A stretch of 64,000 bases of DNA from Spirogloea muscicola (lineage: Eukaryota). The notes beneath the pieces were generated by a model. The model was given only the letters and a program-made list of their open reading frames with translations. It was not told the DNA's origin and ran no database searches. The stretch lies in assembly GCA_009602725.1 (NCBI GenBank), contig WELB01000006.1, positions 1,069,035-1,133,034 of the forward strand. Reading direction: 5' to 3'. Position 1 is the first letter of the stretch. Every line of letters begins with the position of its first letter. Positions 63,811 through 64,000 of this stretch are shown piece after piece. The position numbers and the translations under genes are program-made.

Positions 63811-64000
63811 GTATGTTTCATGGTGTAAATCAATAGTTGTGTGCTCGTGACCTCCTATTGAGCTTTTGTGCATGACCTGAGAGACCTGTCCTCAACTAGA
63901 CGTGCTTCAGTCATAAGGCCTTGATGCTTACTGCTGTCACCTGATAGCAGATGTCAAAGGCAGCTGTATGCAATCCTGCTTCTGCCATGCTAAGCCTCCT

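Overview
Eukaryotic, GC-rich, intron-rich genomic DNA with N gaps. It is most likely from a streptophyte green alga (inference from plant-type DUF1068, GPAT9, RABD2 and a plastid-targeted protein, together with algal-style GC content and short introns). The left 19 kb is a compact run of housekeeping genes: VPS38/UVRAG, GPAT9, DUF1068, mitoribosomal mL46, a fragment of an alpha/beta-hydrolase, TFIIIC subunit 6-like, SMIM4/UQCC5-like, PIG-H and a plastid membrane protein. A degenerate CRE-type (restriction-like endonuclease) non-LTR retrotransposon cluster lies at 19-23.7 kb. A ~26 kb VPS13-family gene with tandem C2 domains and a possible N-terminal membrane anchor spans 24.2-50.4 kb. An accessory, repeat-rich zone at 50.4-62 kb holds many nested 3'-end fragments of the same retroelement group, an intron-containing pogo/Tigger transposase remnant and a secreted bacterial-type PstS phosphate-binding gene with a spliceosomal intron and an apparent 2-nt frameshift. 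A RAB1/RABD2 gene runs off the right end. The most notable signals are the PstS gene, a covarying 3' stem-loop module that has retrotransposed as pieces as short as 55 bp with target-site duplications, a ~360-bp fold-back inside the retroelement, and the unusual VPS13 architecture. Family assignments come from recalled motifs; no database searches were run.
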